This document shows, piece by piece, positions 62,525 to 64,000 of a stretch of DNA of 64,000 nt (positions are counted from its first letter, which is position 1; every line of letters begins with the position of its first letter). The DNA is from Asterias rubens (Eukaryota). The DNA is taken from assembly GCF_902459465.1 (NCBI RefSeq), contig NC_047077.1, positions 1,054,001-1,118,000 of the forward strand. Reading direction: 5' to 3'. Made by a program: the position numbers and the translations under genes. The notes below the pieces were generated by a model. That model saw nothing but the letters and a program-made list of their open reading frames with translations, searched no databases and had not been told where the DNA came from.

Positions 62525-63040
62525 TTAAAGGCACTGGACACGTTTGTTGATTACTCAAAATGATAGTTAGCATAAAAAATGGAAACGAGCAATGAAGACT
62601 GTTGATAGTATGAGACATTATAAGAAACGGCACCACTGAAAAAACCCGTTACTTTTGAGAAAGAGTTTATTTCAGGTCTGAACCCCTAAAGTCTGAAGTC
62701 TGAACGCACACACATTTTTGCTACAATAGTGTTTTTCTGTCTATATTTTTTGCCAACTTTTATGACCAATATTGAGACCTAATTTTCACAGCTCTGTGCT
62801 TTTTATTTGTATGCATATGTTGGAATACAAGTGAGGAAACTGGTCTTTGACAATTACCAAACGTGTCCAGCAGCCGATTTCGGATAGCACCTCATGTTGG
62901 GACGAGTAACTCGTCCTAATTTAGGATGGGTTCAATGCGTCCTGTTACGTCTTCGGATACGGAACTGAACTCGTCCTATAAGTCCCAAGATTAATCATAA
63001 GTTTGGAACAGTTTGGTGAAATCGACGGCAGTGCCTTTAA
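62525..63040 (+). mobile_element. MITE family A with a nested insertion in its right TIR
   Basis: TTAA-AGGCACTGGACAC...GTGTCCAG [insert] TGCCT-TTAA. Confidence 0.9.
62871..63028. mobile_element. H2-related Harbinger-type MITE nested in the family A TIR, CAG TSD
   Basis: CAG|CAGCCGATTTC...GAAATCGACGG|CAG; shares GACGAGT(A/C)ACTCGTCCTAA with the 43069 element. Confidence 0.85.
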
Positions 63041-63326
63041 AGACGTGAATTCTTTTTTTCACGGGCTGTTTCTGTTAAGGTCACCACACGAGTTGCCTCC
63101 GACTGGCCGGCTGTCTTATATCTACGGCTCTCCTACGCGGTCAACACCCCCGTTGGGCATCTTCCCTTGCGGCACTGCACCTGTCGTTACGCGGCGTAAG
63201 GTTATATCCCCGTGTCTTCTTCTTGAGTAGGGCTCCTTTAGCCGGTCTGAGAGTGATATCACTTCGGTAGCATCTACCAGTTTATTGCTCCATGCATCTA
63301 CCTTGTATCACGTTCTGAATGGCATG
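63041..63326 (-). pseudogene. Decayed coding segment between two MITE insertions
   Basis: VDAWSNKLVDATEVISLSDRLKEPYSRRRHGDITLRR...KKEFTS; the frame continues at 62524 once the TTAA MITE is removed; 4 stops in about 95 codons. Confidence 0.3.
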
Positions 63327-63900
63327 GGCCCAATTTCATAGAGATGCTTAAATAAGTTTAGCACAACATCATTTTTCTTACCAGAATATTGCTTCAGCCA
63401 ACCATGTCCCATGTACAATGTGTGACTTGTATCCTTCTCATTAGCCTGGACCCAATTTCATAGAGCTGCTCAAGCACAAAATAAATTTAGCACAACATCA
63501 TTTTGCTTACCAGGATATTGGTTACCAGCCAAAATACCATGTCCCAAGTACAATGATTGGTATCCTGCTCATTTCTGCGAAGCAGATTTTTTTGCGCAAT
63601 TAGTGATGCTTAAGCAGCTCTATGAAGCTATTCACCGATAAGAACATTTTGTTCGTACTGTTGTAGACAAGTTTGCGTAAGCATAAACGTATTCACCATG
63701 ATTTCTCAAGTTAGCAGAAAGTTTCTAACCGTGCATGCACGTTCGCCATGTATTTGCTTTGTTACGTCACTCGTGTGCTAAACGCGGGTCAGCCAGAATT
63801 TTCCCTTGTTTACGGTAAACAGCTTTATGCAATCGAAATTCCTCTAAGGGACGCTACGTAAGCACAAAACGGGTGCTAACATGTTTTATGAAATTTGGCC
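63327..63900. mobile_element. Cluster of Harbinger-type H1 MITE pieces (truncated, tandem and a further right end)
   Basis: GG(C/A)CCCAATTTCATAGAG starts at 63327 and 63449 (second preceded by CTG); right end ATGAAATTTGGCC at 63900. Confidence 0.75.
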
Positions 63901-64000
63901 GAGGCCTGACTGACACATCATCAGTGCCGGAGGTTGAGCTACAGGCTGATGCCCCGTTCAGGAGTTGACTCCAAGTCATCAGAGCCGATAGTGGTGTGAA

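Overview
This is AT-rich eukaryotic (animal) genomic DNA, not prokaryotic: there is no long ORF, operon, rRNA, intact tRNA or CRISPR array, and almost all ORF-track entries are repeat-derived or antisense shadows. The repeat families look like those of an echinoderm, probably a sea star; this is an inference from recalled repeats, not a database result. The window is dominated by non-autonomous DNA transposons: about 18 copies of one ~385-bp TTAA-flanked Kolobok-type MITE, several other TTAA MITEs including a full-length foldback, and CWG-flanked Harbinger-type MITEs, one nested in a Kolobok TIR. It also holds tRNA-derived SINEs, an RTE LINE fragment, at least eight tandem arrays and a 209-N gap. 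Host-gene evidence is limited to short exon candidates: a + strand spliced, apparently non-coding leader (about 1.4-12.3 kb), a candidate small - strand gene (36.3 to 32.3 kb) encoding a 69-aa peptide with three PGF motifs near an RFX X-box, and start-exon candidates. Several decayed reading frames are present, the largest at 60.3-64 kb on the - strand, broken up by MITEs. All coordinates and alignments were read by eye.
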